Shown here: in pieces, positions 19,281-28,052 of the stretch
How positions within the stretch are numbered: the first letter of the stretch is position 1
Layout of the letters: each line of letters starts with the position of its first letter
Assembly (NCBI GenBank): GCA_030647125.1
Contig: JAUSKC010000013.1
Coordinates: 2,249-66,248, forward strand
Direction of reading: 5' to 3'
From: Nanobdellota archaeon
Lineage (GTDB): Archaea > Nanobdellota > Nanobdellia > Pacearchaeales > GW2011-AR1
DNA: 64,000 nt
Translations under genes and position numbers: made by a program
Notes under the pieces: model-generated
Told to the model about the DNA's origin: nothing
Seen by the model: only the letters and a program-made list of their open reading frames with translations
The model's database searches: none

Positions 19281-19310
19281 AATAAATCAATAAACAAGTA
19301 ATTTATAAAT

Positions 19311-19529
19311 TTAATTAGAATCTAAAGAAGAATCAAGCCCTTTCTGTTTCATCCTTTGTTCCCTCATTAACTTTCGCCCGGCCTCAATATATCCCCTTGG
19401 AGTATAAAAAATAATTGTCTCAGTTTCCTGCCGTGGCAAACTTTCTCTTTCACCCTGTTTAACATTACTATAATCCTTTCTAAAAAGCCGCACAAATCTA
19501 CTTAAATAATCCATAAAAACAATAATCAT
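19311..19529 (-). CDS. hypothetical protein (72 aa)
   Basis: ORF only. Confidence 0.3.
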   Translation of the reverse strand: MIIVFMDYLSRFVRLFRKDYSNVKQGERESLPRQETETIIFYTPRGYIEAGRKLMREQRMKQKGLDSSLDSN

Positions 19530-19613
19530 TTATTATTCTTAAAGATTTATATTTATTTTAAAATAGATAATAAAAAACATAAAAAGATTTAAACATAAAA
19601 GTTCTACAAAGTT

Positions 19614-20006
19614 ATGGTATATAGTTTGGAACTTCTTTCTACAGCAGTAAATGAAGGTTATATGCCAGATATAGAGGGGTTAGCTAAAAAAATTGATGAA
19701 CCAAAATTATCTATAGTGGGTTTAGATGAAGTATTAAAATTCATAGCAAATTATGAACCAATGTGGCATGAGGTGGGCAATCAAGATCTTGAAAGACAAT
19801 TAGAAACATTCAAAGGAAAACAACCATTATATTTAGATAGTGAACATACTCAAAGAAATCCTAATTTAAATCATTCGGATTATTTGTTTGTGTTTAAAGA
19901 GTTCATGAAAACATGGGCAGCACGTAAAAACAAAGGATCTCCAGAAGAGAATTGGTATCAAATGCAGGAAGAATTGGCAGATCTAATTTTTGAGAGTTAT
20001 AGATAA
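19614..20006 (+). CDS. hypothetical protein (130 aa)
   Basis: ORF only, with ordinary soluble composition. Confidence 0.4.
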   Translation: MVYSLELLSTAVNEGYMPDIEGLAKKIDEPKLSIVGLDEVLKFIANYEPMWHEVGNQDLERQLETFKGKQPLYLDSEHTQRNPNLNHSDYLFVFKEFMKTWAARKNKGSPEENWYQMQEELADLIFESYR

Positions 20007-20010
20007 ATAA

Positions 20011-20169
20011 TTATTTCAATAACTTTTCAATAATCTGCATCGCATCTTTCCCAGAAATCTTGCCTTTAAACTCTTTCATCACCAAACCCATATAAGCATT
20101 AGCATTCAATCCTGGCTTGCTCTTTATTATCTTATGAATTTTCTCTTCAACATATTCAGTATTAATCTT
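20011..20169 (-). other. gatE: in-frame continuation of gatE after an internal TAG (52 codons, GatB/YqeY-type tail)
   Basis: Same frame as gatE. It reads KINTEYVEEKIHKIIKSKPGLNANAYMGLVMKEFKGKISGKDAMQIIEKLLK then TAA 20011-20013, with no start codon or SD of its own at its 5' end. Confidence 0.7.
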
Positions 20170-21519
20170 CTAAATTTTTAATGCATCCTCCAAACTTTCA
20201 CCAGAAACAATTTTCTCAAAAACATTCCGAACATCGCTTTCCTCAAGTTTCCCTTCTCTAACTTTCTCCAAGACATCAGAAATAACTTCTTTACCAAATT
20301 TCTTTTCAACATCGAACTCGTTTAAATTTTCCCTCACAGCAATTTCCGTCGGAAGAACAAGCAAAACCTTGGCAACAAAATTTGCATTAGGATAAATCTT
20401 CATCAACTCTCCAAACTCTTTAACTTGATTTCTCTTGAAAAGCAATTTAATCATTTCCTCATTAAGTCCTTCCCGTCTTAAGTCCTCTTCAATTTCCACT
20501 TTTAATTTAGGCAACGTCTTCTTTGCTTCATTAATCAAATCCCTATGTATCTTTAACAAAGGTAAATCCGTTTCAGGATACATACGAGCAGCCCCGGGCA
20601 TTGGCCTTAAAAATTCACTCGTTCCGTCTGGCAAAGCGCGTCGCACTTCAGAAACAACTTTCATTTTTCCAAGAATTAATCTTTCTTGTCTTTCAATTTC
20701 TTTGTTAACAGTAGTAATCATCATTGAAGGATCTTGAAAACCTTTTATTTCAATTCGTGCGCCTTTTGAAATAGAAACATTAACATCTTGTCTTATAGTT
20801 CCAATTCCTCTTTTAACTTTACACGAACGTAAAATCTCTCCAATTTTTAGCGCAGCTTCACGAACTTGCGCAGCACTTTTCAAATCCGGCGCGGTAGCAA
20901 TTTCAACTAAAGGAATTCCCAATCTATCTAACCTATAACGCACTTCTTTCTCATTTTCAAAGATCTTTCGCGCAGAGTCCTCTTCCAAACAAATTGTGTC
21001 AATTCTAACTTTTCCTTCAGACGTTTCAATATAACCATCACGAGCAATTAAAACCGTCCTTTGAAATCCGGAAGTGTTAGAACCATCAACAACTGTCTTT
21101 CTCATAATTTGTGTCAATGTCTGTATCTCACAATTCAAAAGCAAAGCAATTTGCAACGCAATTTTGAGCGCCTCTTCATTAATTTGATACGGCGGCTCTT
21201 CATCTAATTCAACCAGCGACGTCGTTCCAGAATGAACTTCATAAACAAACTCTTTATCTAAAGAAACTTGATAGAGTGCAGCTTCATCAACTTCACCAGA
21301 TTCTCCAGCAACGGCATGAAGTTTTCTCCTTACAAGATAATTCGGCTCATCACTTCTCAAAATGGAAGGCGCACGAGAAAATAATTTATGAGTGTCAAGT
21401 TGCTGATGAATTTCTAGCCCTGCTTTAAAACCGAGATTTTTATAATCGAGGTTTTTTGCTGAAAAATCTTTTGATTTTTCTTGCTTAAAACCTAATTTAG
21501 TATAATCTTCTTTATCCAT
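20170..21519 (-). CDS. gatE: Glu-tRNA(Gln) amidotransferase subunit E (as terminated by TAG 20170-20172)
   Basis: GFKAGLEIHQQLDT, LDRLGIPLVEIAT and GTIRQDVNVSI motifs of the GatB/E family. Adjacent to gatD. Confidence 0.85.
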   Translation of the reverse strand: MDKEDYTKLGFKQEKSKDFSAKNLDYKNLGFKAGLEIHQQLDTHKLFSRAPSILRSDEPNYLVRRKLHAVAGESGEVDEAALYQVSLDKEFVYEVHSGTTSLVELDEEPPYQINEEALKIALQIALLLNCEIQTLTQIMRKTVVDGSNTSGFQRTVLIARDGYIETSEGKVRIDTICLEEDSARKIFENEKEVRYRLDRLGIPLVEIATAPDLKSAAQVREAALKIGEILRSCKVKRGIGTIRQDVNVSISKGARIEIKGFQDPSMMITTVNKEIERQERLILGKMKVVSEVRRALPDGTSEFLRPMPGAARMYPETDLPLLKIHRDLINEAKKTLPKLKVEIEEDLRREGLNEEMIKLLFKRNQVKEFGELMKIYPNANFVAKVLLVLPTEIAVRENLNEFDVEKKFGKEVISDVLEKVREGKLEESDVRNVFEKIVSGESLEDALKI

Positions 21520-21550
21520 AATAAAAAGAAAATAAAAGAATTAATAAAAG

Positions 21551-22129
21551 TTACTTATGAGCATCTAACCCTAAATAAGTAACCAATCCGCCATTCTCTC
21601 CTCTAAAAAACTGTACATCATCAAAAAGTAAATGCATAGTAGATAATCCTAATCCTTGATTTTCAGGATAAGGTCGGGATTTATCAGAAAATTTATAAAA
21701 ACTTGTAATTAAAGGATAAGTCGATTGTCTAAACCTTAATATATACGGAACAAAGTCCTGATTAATTACTCCTCCTTCATCTCCAATAAGAAATAATGCA
21801 GAATCTTCAGAAATTTTGGAAGCAAGGAGAATTTTCTTAGTTTTATCTTTGTGATTTCCATGTTGGTATGCATTCCTTACAGCTTCATGAACTCCTGCAA
21901 GAATCTTTCGTGGAAATCTCTGATCTCTAAGCCCATCTCCAAATTGATAACTATGTGAATATAATCCTTTTTCAGAAGAGGGATAAAAAGATTTATCCTC
22001 AAAATCAGGTGAGATAACTATAGGTGGAATTTTAAGTTGTGATAAAATAACATCTTTAGTAAACATTTCTCTAACTAAAGAATTCCTAAAATCTAAATTC
22101 AAAAGTTCATTATCATGAATATGTCTCAT
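21551..22129 (-). CDS. GHKL/HATPase_c-like ATP-binding protein
   Basis: N-box HEAVRNAYQHGN, G1-like IGDEGGVI and G2-like NQGLGLSTM. No sensor or DHp domain is visible. Confidence 0.5.
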   Translation of the reverse strand: MRHIHDNELLNLDFRNSLVREMFTKDVILSQLKIPPIVISPDFEDKSFYPSSEKGLYSHSYQFGDGLRDQRFPRKILAGVHEAVRNAYQHGNHKDKTKKILLASKISEDSALFLIGDEGGVINQDFVPYILRFRQSTYPLITSFYKFSDKSRPYPENQGLGLSTMHLLFDDVQFFRGENGGLVTYLGLDAHK

Positions 22130-22218
22130 AATAAAATAACTATTTCACATCTTAAAAACCTTTCTAAAGTAACCCCTTATAAGTTACAACCAAACACGAA
22201 GAATCAAAGAATCAAAAA

Positions 22219-23502
22219 TCACCCTTCAAGCATTTTATTAAACTCATGAGCAAAGTTATGAAGCATTTTCTCTTTTACAACTTCTTTGCTTTTTGCCCAC
22301 TCACTATGCCCTAAAATCCATCCTAATTTTACCAAGGCCGCTTCACTCAACATGTCTTCAAGGTAAATTATTCCTGTCTCCAAAAGTTCTCTTCCATTAC
22401 TATATACTAAAGGATCAACTCGGCCGTTAATGCACTGTGATGTCGCACAAACCACAATTTTTTTCTGAACTTCTTTTAACTTTTTAGTCCATCCATGTCT
22501 TGCTCTTGATGTAGGCGCGTGACCAAGACCAGACATTTCAAGAACTAAGCCTTTGTAACCATTTTTAACATAATAATCTAGGACGTTGGCCTCTTGTCCA
22601 GGATAAATTTTCAAAAGCCCAACTTTCTCTTCAAATTTATTATCAACCTTAACTTTGCTATTATTTCTCCTATTAAAATTACTCATAATTTCAATTCCAT
22701 CTTGAGTAACTTTAGCAAATGGTTTCCCGTTAACAACTTTAAAGGCGTCCCTTCTTGAAGTATGCAACTTTCTTACTTTAGTTCCAGGCATAGCATAACA
22801 AAATTCATCACTTTCATTTGCATGTCCAACAAGCATAACTTCAGCAATCTCAGAAGTTGCAGCAACCGCAGCGCATACTAAATTTAAATTAGCGTCGCTG
22901 CTAGCACGATCAATTGACCTTTGTGAATAAGTTAATACAACTGGCTTGTTTAACTTCCCTAAGAAAAAACTCAAGGCCGCGGAAGTATAATGCAAAAAGT
23001 CAGTCCCGTGAGTAATAATAACTCCTTGAATATTTGTATCATTTAATAATTCAGAAACAACTTTAGCAATTTTTTGCCAGTCCTTGTAATCCATGTCTTC
23101 TGAGGCCTTCATAAACGGTCGCTCCAAACGAAGAACGTTCACTTTATCAAAGATTCCTGGATAATATTTAAATAAACTTTCAGGTGTGTCAAGCCAATCA
23201 ACTCCTCCTTTCTTCGGATTTAAGCGAGCTGCAATTGTTCCTCCAGTAATTACCATAGCAATATTTGGCTTTCCACTTGACTTTTTCAATTCAACTTTTT
23301 CTTCAGCATCGCGCGCTTTTTCAACAAGTTTAATCTCCAAAATTTCTTTTCTCGGAAAGCCAATATTATACCCATTTCCAAGCTTAAGCAAAACAATATT
23401 CTTGTCAGACTCGGGCGATTCAATCAAAGTCCCTTCATAAATTTCTTTAACGAAGTGAATTTCAACTTCGTCCCCTGCCTTAATTCCAGAATCAATTTTC
23501 AT
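22219..23502 (-). CDS. gatD: Glu-tRNA(Gln) amidotransferase subunit D
   Basis: Asparaginase-type AMVITGGTIAA and ITHGTD motifs. The start was set at ATG 23500-23502 (MKIDSGIKAGDEV); the listed ORF extends to 23538. Confidence 0.88.
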   Translation of the reverse strand: MKIDSGIKAGDEVEIHFVKEIYEGTLIESPESDKNIVLLKLGNGYNIGFPRKEILEIKLVEKARDAEEKVELKKSSGKPNIAMVITGGTIAARLNPKKGGVDWLDTPESLFKYYPGIFDKVNVLRLERPFMKASEDMDYKDWQKIAKVVSELLNDTNIQGVIITHGTDFLHYTSAALSFFLGKLNKPVVLTYSQRSIDRASSDANLNLVCAAVAATSEIAEVMLVGHANESDEFCYAMPGTKVRKLHTSRRDAFKVVNGKPFAKVTQDGIEIMSNFNRRNNSKVKVDNKFEEKVGLLKIYPGQEANVLDYYVKNGYKGLVLEMSGLGHAPTSRARHGWTKKLKEVQKKIVVCATSQCINGRVDPLVYSNGRELLETGIIYLEDMLSEAALVKLGWILGHSEWAKSKEVVKEKMLHNFAHEFNKMLEG

Positions 23503-23642
23503 ATCCAAAACAAAAATTCCAACTATAAAAAGTTTCATCTTTAATGTTTCTTCAATATTTCTTCAATGCCAAATCAGAATAGTTACTCCGTGTAAGTAAC
23601 TACAATAGAAACATTTATAAATGCCTAAAACGGGAAATAAAC

Positions 23643-23987
23643 ATGACAAACATAGGAAAAGGAATCACAGGTGGATTAGTATTAGCTTTGCTATCAGTTG
23701 GAACATTCTCTTTAGTAAAAGGAACTGAAATGGCTTCAGAAAGACAAGCAAGATCAGAATTAAGAGAAGTAATTGACACTCCAGAGGAAAGGGTAAGATT
23801 AGCAACAATGTTGGAAAATCAACCAGAAACATGGTATGTCTTAAACAAATTAAAAAAACAATATCCTTCTCTAAAAAATTCTGACCAGAATAGAATAGTT
23901 TACGAATTGGACCAATTAAGAAATTATGATTTAGGAAAAATGAATCAAGATGACTACAATGTTCATGTAGCTGCAAGAGATTTTTAA
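23643..23987 (+). CDS. hypothetical membrane-anchored protein (114 aa)
   Basis: ORF with an N-terminal TM helix (GITGGLVLALLSVGTFSLV). Confidence 0.4.
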   Translation: MTNIGKGITGGLVLALLSVGTFSLVKGTEMASERQARSELREVIDTPEERVRLATMLENQPETWYVLNKLKKQYPSLKNSDQNRIVYELDQLRNYDLGKMNQDDYNVHVAARDF

Positions 23988-24028
23988 TCCCTAAAAACCT
24001 TAATAAATCCTTTTTATCTTTCTAATTA

Positions 24029-25384
24029 ATGGTTAAGATTGGTTTGGAAATTCACGGTTATCTTGAAACAAAAGAAAAATTATTCTGTTCGTGTGTTGCC
24101 GAGCACGGAGCAAAATTCTCAAAACCAAATACAAACATATGTCCAATATGTACCGGACAACCCGGAAGCAAACCAATGTTACCAAACGCGGCAGCAATAG
24201 ACAAAGCAATTCAAATTGCATTAATTTTAAACTGCAAAATAAATGAAAAATTAATCTGGCAAAGAAAACATTACTCTTGGCCTGATCTGCCAAAAGGTTA
24301 TCAAAATACTTTATCCGGTCCTCATGCATTCCCTATAGGTATTAACGGAAAATTTGAAGGAATAAAAATTACTGAAGTTCATCTTGAAGAAGACCCTGCT
24401 GCTTGGAATCCAAAAACTGGAGAAATCGATTACAATCGTTCCGGCTCTCCATTAATAGAAATTGTTACAGAACCTGACTTCACATCCTCATCACAAGTTG
24501 TTGAATGGTTGATAACTCTAAAATCAACTTTGTCTTACATAAAAGCTTTGGACCGTTCTTCCGGACTAAAAGCAGATGTAAACGTTTCCATAAGCGGCGG
24601 AGCAAGAGTTGAAATAAAGAATGTAAATTCTATTTCAAACATAAAAACCGCTATAGAGCATGAACTCGCGCGTCAAGAACGTTCTCTTCCAAAAAAACAA
24701 GAAACACGCGCATTTAATGAGTTAGACAACACTACGACCCACATGCGTTTTAAAGAAGAAGCAGAGGATTATCGTTTCATTTCAGATCCCGACTTGCCTA
24801 TAATAAAAATAGATTCTAAAACAATAAAAAGAATAAAAGAAAATCTTCCAGAGACACCAAAAGAAAAATTAAACAAATTAATAAAAAAATACAAGATACC
24901 AAAGGACTCAACAGAGGTTTTGACAAAGAATTTGGACATGGTTGAATTATTTGAAATCGTCTCCTCCCGTATTTCACCACAACTGGCCTTAAATTGGATA
25001 ACCATAGAACTTCAAAGGGTTTTAAATTACAATAAGAAACTTTTGGATGAAGTTGAAATTATCCCCGAACATATTATAGAACTTTTAGAGTTAGTTCAAA
25101 CTAAGAAAATAACTGAATTAAAAGCAAAAGAAATCTTGAATAAGTTCGTCCCAAAATCCTTTTCACCACTTTCAGAAGCAACAAAAAACGCTACAATTTC
25201 AGATGAGAAAGAAATAGAAAAGATTGCATTAAAAGTAATTTCCGAAAACAAAAAAGCTGTTAATGATTACAAAGCAGGCGAAGAAAAAGCAATTAATTTC
25301 TTAATAGGCCAAGTCATGCGCATCTCAAACAAGCGCGCGGACTTTGCAACAGCAAAAAGAATTCTAGAAAAGAACTTAAAATAA
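24029..25384 (+). CDS. gatB: Asp/Glu-tRNA amidotransferase subunit B
   Basis: KIGLEIHGYL, CPICTGQPGSKP, DVNVSI and the C-terminal YqeY-type tail FLIGQVMRISNKRAD. Confidence 0.9.
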   Translation: MVKIGLEIHGYLETKEKLFCSCVAEHGAKFSKPNTNICPICTGQPGSKPMLPNAAAIDKAIQIALILNCKINEKLIWQRKHYSWPDLPKGYQNTLSGPHAFPIGINGKFEGIKITEVHLEEDPAAWNPKTGEIDYNRSGSPLIEIVTEPDFTSSSQVVEWLITLKSTLSYIKALDRSSGLKADVNVSISGGARVEIKNVNSISNIKTAIEHELARQERSLPKKQETRAFNELDNTTTHMRFKEEAEDYRFISDPDLPIIKIDSKTIKRIKENLPETPKEKLNKLIKKYKIPKDSTEVLTKNLDMVELFEIVSSRISPQLALNWITIELQRVLNYNKKLLDEVEIIPEHIIELLELVQTKKITELKAKEILNKFVPKSFSPLSEATKNATISDEKEIEKIALKVISENKKAVNDYKAGEEKAINFLIGQVMRISNKRADFATAKRILEKNLK

Positions 25385-26533
25385 TTAAACCAACTTTAAA
25401 ATATTCAATAATTCATAAACAACCCCCGAAACAAAAATCAATCCTATAATCCATAAAATTATAGAAGGAATTTTAAGTTCATACTCTGGTTTTCTATTCC
25501 CTTTTTTGCGCGCACGCGCAAACATTAGCAAAATCAAAATCCCAATAGAACCCCCGGAAATTACTCCTCCAATAGATAAAATCTTAATAAAAGAATCAAA
25601 TCCTATAAAATTCAAAAAGATAAAAAGAACCAAAGGCAAAAGTGTAACATAAAGCCACGACTTTTTCCAACTCTCTCCGTAATCCAATCCAAACATATCT
25701 TTCAAGGCCACAGACAAAGCAACATATGAAGTCCCCATAGTTACAATTCCAAGAAGAACAACAAACTTCCCTAATGAAAAAGTGGATATTTCACTTACAT
25801 CATTTCCATAAACTCCGACGATAACAAAAGAAAAGACTGTATAAACAATCATTGCAATAACCAAACCTAATATTAAAGATCTCTTTACTAATCTTTCACT
25901 GCCTTTCAAATGCCTTTCAACTTCAGGCATGGCAGTAAAACCAAGATAAGAAAAAAGAACAACCCCAAAAGGAACAAAAAAATTGTTAAAATAAATTGGC
26001 TTAAAATTATCAAAATCAACTCTCGGAAGATTAATCAAAGAAACTATCACAATCAATCCTAAAAATACTATTGAGCCATAATCCAAGAATTTTTTCATTT
26101 CCCTGACTCCATGAGAAATTATAAAAAACATAAAAACCCAAAGTCCTATTCCGAAAAACAAAACATACTTTACTTCCCCAAAGAAAAGAAAGCTTAATGA
26201 TTCGCTGACTCCAAAAAGATAAGCCAAAACCGCGGAATAAACTTCAAAAAGCAAAGCATAAAACATAAAGATTTTCCCTTTGCTTCCCAAATAAATGCTT
26301 GCATAGCCAGTAAGCTGATGCTCTCCTTTTGTTCTCAAAGAAACTTCACCAAGCATTAAAAACAAAAACAAAACCATTAAACCAACAAAAAGAATATAAA
26401 ACATTCCTATAGCAAAGCCAGATTTAACAATTACTGAAGGAATTCCAAGGAAACCTGCACCAATCACAGTTCCAATCATAATTGCTACCGCTGTAAATGT
26501 CTTTTTGAAATCACTCTTTTGTTCCATCTTCAT
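25385..26533 (-). CDS. amino-acid permease-like transporter
   Basis: About 11 hydrophobic helices and a TAVAIMIGTVIGAGFLGIP motif. The start was trimmed to ATG 26531-26533 because the listed N-terminus overlaps tRNA-Arg. Confidence 0.65.
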   Translation of the reverse strand: MKMEQKSDFKKTFTAVAIMIGTVIGAGFLGIPSVIVKSGFAIGMFYILFVGLMVLFLFLMLGEVSLRTKGEHQLTGYASIYLGSKGKIFMFYALLFEVYSAVLAYLFGVSESLSFLFFGEVKYVLFFGIGLWVFMFFIISHGVREMKKFLDYGSIVFLGLIVIVSLINLPRVDFDNFKPIYFNNFFVPFGVVLFSYLGFTAMPEVERHLKGSERLVKRSLILGLVIAMIVYTVFSFVIVGVYGNDVSEISTFSLGKFVVLLGIVTMGTSYVALSVALKDMFGLDYGESWKKSWLYVTLLPLVLFIFLNFIGFDSFIKILSIGGVISGGSIGILILLMFARARKKGNRKPEYELKIPSIILWIIGLIFVSGVVYELLNILKLV

Positions 26534-26535
26534 AA

Positions 26536-26607
26536 CGAGCCCGGGAGGAATCGAACCCCCATCATCAGGGCCGAAACCTGACATTCTATCCGTTAAACTA
26601 CGGGCCC
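26536..26607 (-). tRNA. tRNA-Arg (TCG)
   Basis: Reverse complement GGGCCCGTAGTTTAACGGATAGAATGTCAGGTTTCGGCCCTGATGATGGGGGTTCGATTCCTCCCGGGCTCG. Anticodon loop TTTCGGC. Confidence 0.8.
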
Positions 26608-26696
26608 TTGCAAAAACCAAAAATCTAAACTTTTTAATGTTTGAGGTTTAAGATATTAATAAAATAAACTTGGTCTTTGTAAATATTATCTTTAAT

Positions 26697-26730
26697 AAAA
26701 AAAGAGGTGATAATTATCATTGGGATGAAT
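26697..26730 (+). promoter_or_regulatory. conserved intergenic motif AAAAAGAGGTGATAATTATC (copy 2) with perfect palindrome TGATAATTATCA
   Basis: Core identical to 14066..14085. The 12-nt palindrome is at 26708..26719, about 90 nt upstream of the protease gene. Confidence 0.4.
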
Positions 26731-26807
26731 AATTGGGGAGTGGAAGGGGGGATAAGTAAAACAAAATTATTCACATAATTTTTATACCCATATTTCTTCA
26801 TTAATAA

Positions 26808-27665
26808 ATGGCCTTGAAAAAACATCACAAAATTCTTATTGGAAGTTTCACAACAATTGTAATTATCTTTATGATCGCTTCCGGAATTTTAATTTACATG
26901 CTTTACTCTGACTTAAACATTAAATATAATGAAATAAATCAGAATATTGAATCTTACCAATTATTAACAACATCCCAAATAAATGAGCTTACAAAAAATA
27001 TTCAGCAAACCCAGTTATCTGTCTCATCTATAAATCAAACTTTTAACAATCAAATTGATTTGTTAAGGGCCTCTACAAGTTCCGACTTTTCAAAAATAAT
27101 TGGAGAGGCAGTTAAATCAGTTGTAACAGTAAGAACAGACGTCGCTCAAGCGACAGGATTTATAATTGATGAAAGTGGCTATGTAGTTACAAATGCGCAC
27201 GTTCTCTCGGGAGGCCATCAACTAATGACTATTGACTACAATCAGCAAGAAAGAACCACAAGATTAATTGGTTACGATAAAGATTTGGACATTGCTTTGC
27301 TTAAACTTCCAAAAGGAGATTATGATTACTTAACTCTCGCCGATTCTGATCAAGTGGAAGTTGGACAAAAAGTTATTGCAATAGGAAATCCTTTGGGCTT
27401 GCAATTCTCTGTTTCAGAAGGAATTGTCTCAGCAGTAAATAGACAAGGTAGCAATGCCTTAGATGCATACATACAAACCGATGCCGCATTAAATCCTGGA
27501 AATTCAGGCGGTCCGCTAATTGACTCAAACGGTGAAGTCATAGGAATCAACAATTTTAAAATATCATCAGGAGAATCATTAGGTTTTTCATTAGAATCAA
27601 ACTACATAAAAGAAGCAGTAAATCGAATAGCGCAGCAACAATTAAATCAAACTTTAATTAACTAA
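26808..27665 (+). CDS. membrane-anchored trypsin-like serine protease (HtrA/DegP core, no PDZ)
   Basis: TNAHV, DLDIALLKL and GNSGGPL catalytic-triad motifs, with an N-terminal TM helix. Confidence 0.8.
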   Translation: MALKKHHKILIGSFTTIVIIFMIASGILIYMLYSDLNIKYNEINQNIESYQLLTTSQINELTKNIQQTQLSVSSINQTFNNQIDLLRASTSSDFSKIIGEAVKSVVTVRTDVAQATGFIIDESGYVVTNAHVLSGGHQLMTIDYNQQERTTRLIGYDKDLDIALLKLPKGDYDYLTLADSDQVEVGQKVIAIGNPLGLQFSVSEGIVSAVNRQGSNALDAYIQTDAALNPGNSGGPLIDSNGEVIGINNFKISSGESLGFSLESNYIKEAVNRIAQQQLNQTLIN

Positions 27666-27710
27666 AAATTTAAAAACCACATAATTCTAAAAACCAAATG
27701 GAGAGCAAAA

Positions 27711-28022
27711 TTGCTGGTCAAACAAGGCCTGATTATATTCCTTGTCGAATACGCGCGTTTATCTAGTTCTAGCTCAATAAAAGAAGCGATAGAATCAATA
27801 TTTTCAATTGCAGTGTATGATTATTTAGGAAGTCACGCCAACGAACTTGATGGAGAAAAATCGCGACTTGAAGCAATTGCACAAGAATTCTTAAAACTTG
27901 AAGAAAGAACAGAAACTAGGAAATTAATACTTGAAATAACTAAAGGAAAACATAAGAAATTATACCAAAAACTCAAACCCTTTTTACTTCCTTTGATATA
28001 CGAAGACAGAAATAAAGATTAA
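27711..28022 (+). CDS. hypothetical protein (TTG start)
   Basis: ORF only, with a non-ATG start. Confidence 0.3.
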   Translation: MLVKQGLIIFLVEYARLSSSSSIKEAIESIFSIAVYDYLGSHANELDGEKSRLEAIAQEFLKLEERTETRKLILEITKGKHKKLYQKLKPFLLPLIYEDRNKD

Positions 28023-28052
28023 TTTTAAATAAGAACAAAACATAGCAAGACA

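Noticed and set aside
20170-20172. Genome-wide reassignment of TAG as a sense codon, as an explanation for the gatE interruption
   Set aside because: Several well-delimited genes in this window end in TAG at the expected protein length: the MBL hydrolase (13312), gatC-like (16469), aspS (17892) and the 38-aa zinc-ribbon gene (63858). TAG therefore functions as a stop here.
26534-26620. N-terminal 29 codons of the listed permease ORF (MVFARARSLTDRMSGFGPDDGGSIPPGLV)
   Set aside because: This stretch is the antisense-free reading of tRNA-Arg(TCG) at 26536-26607. The CDS start was moved to ATG 26531-26533.
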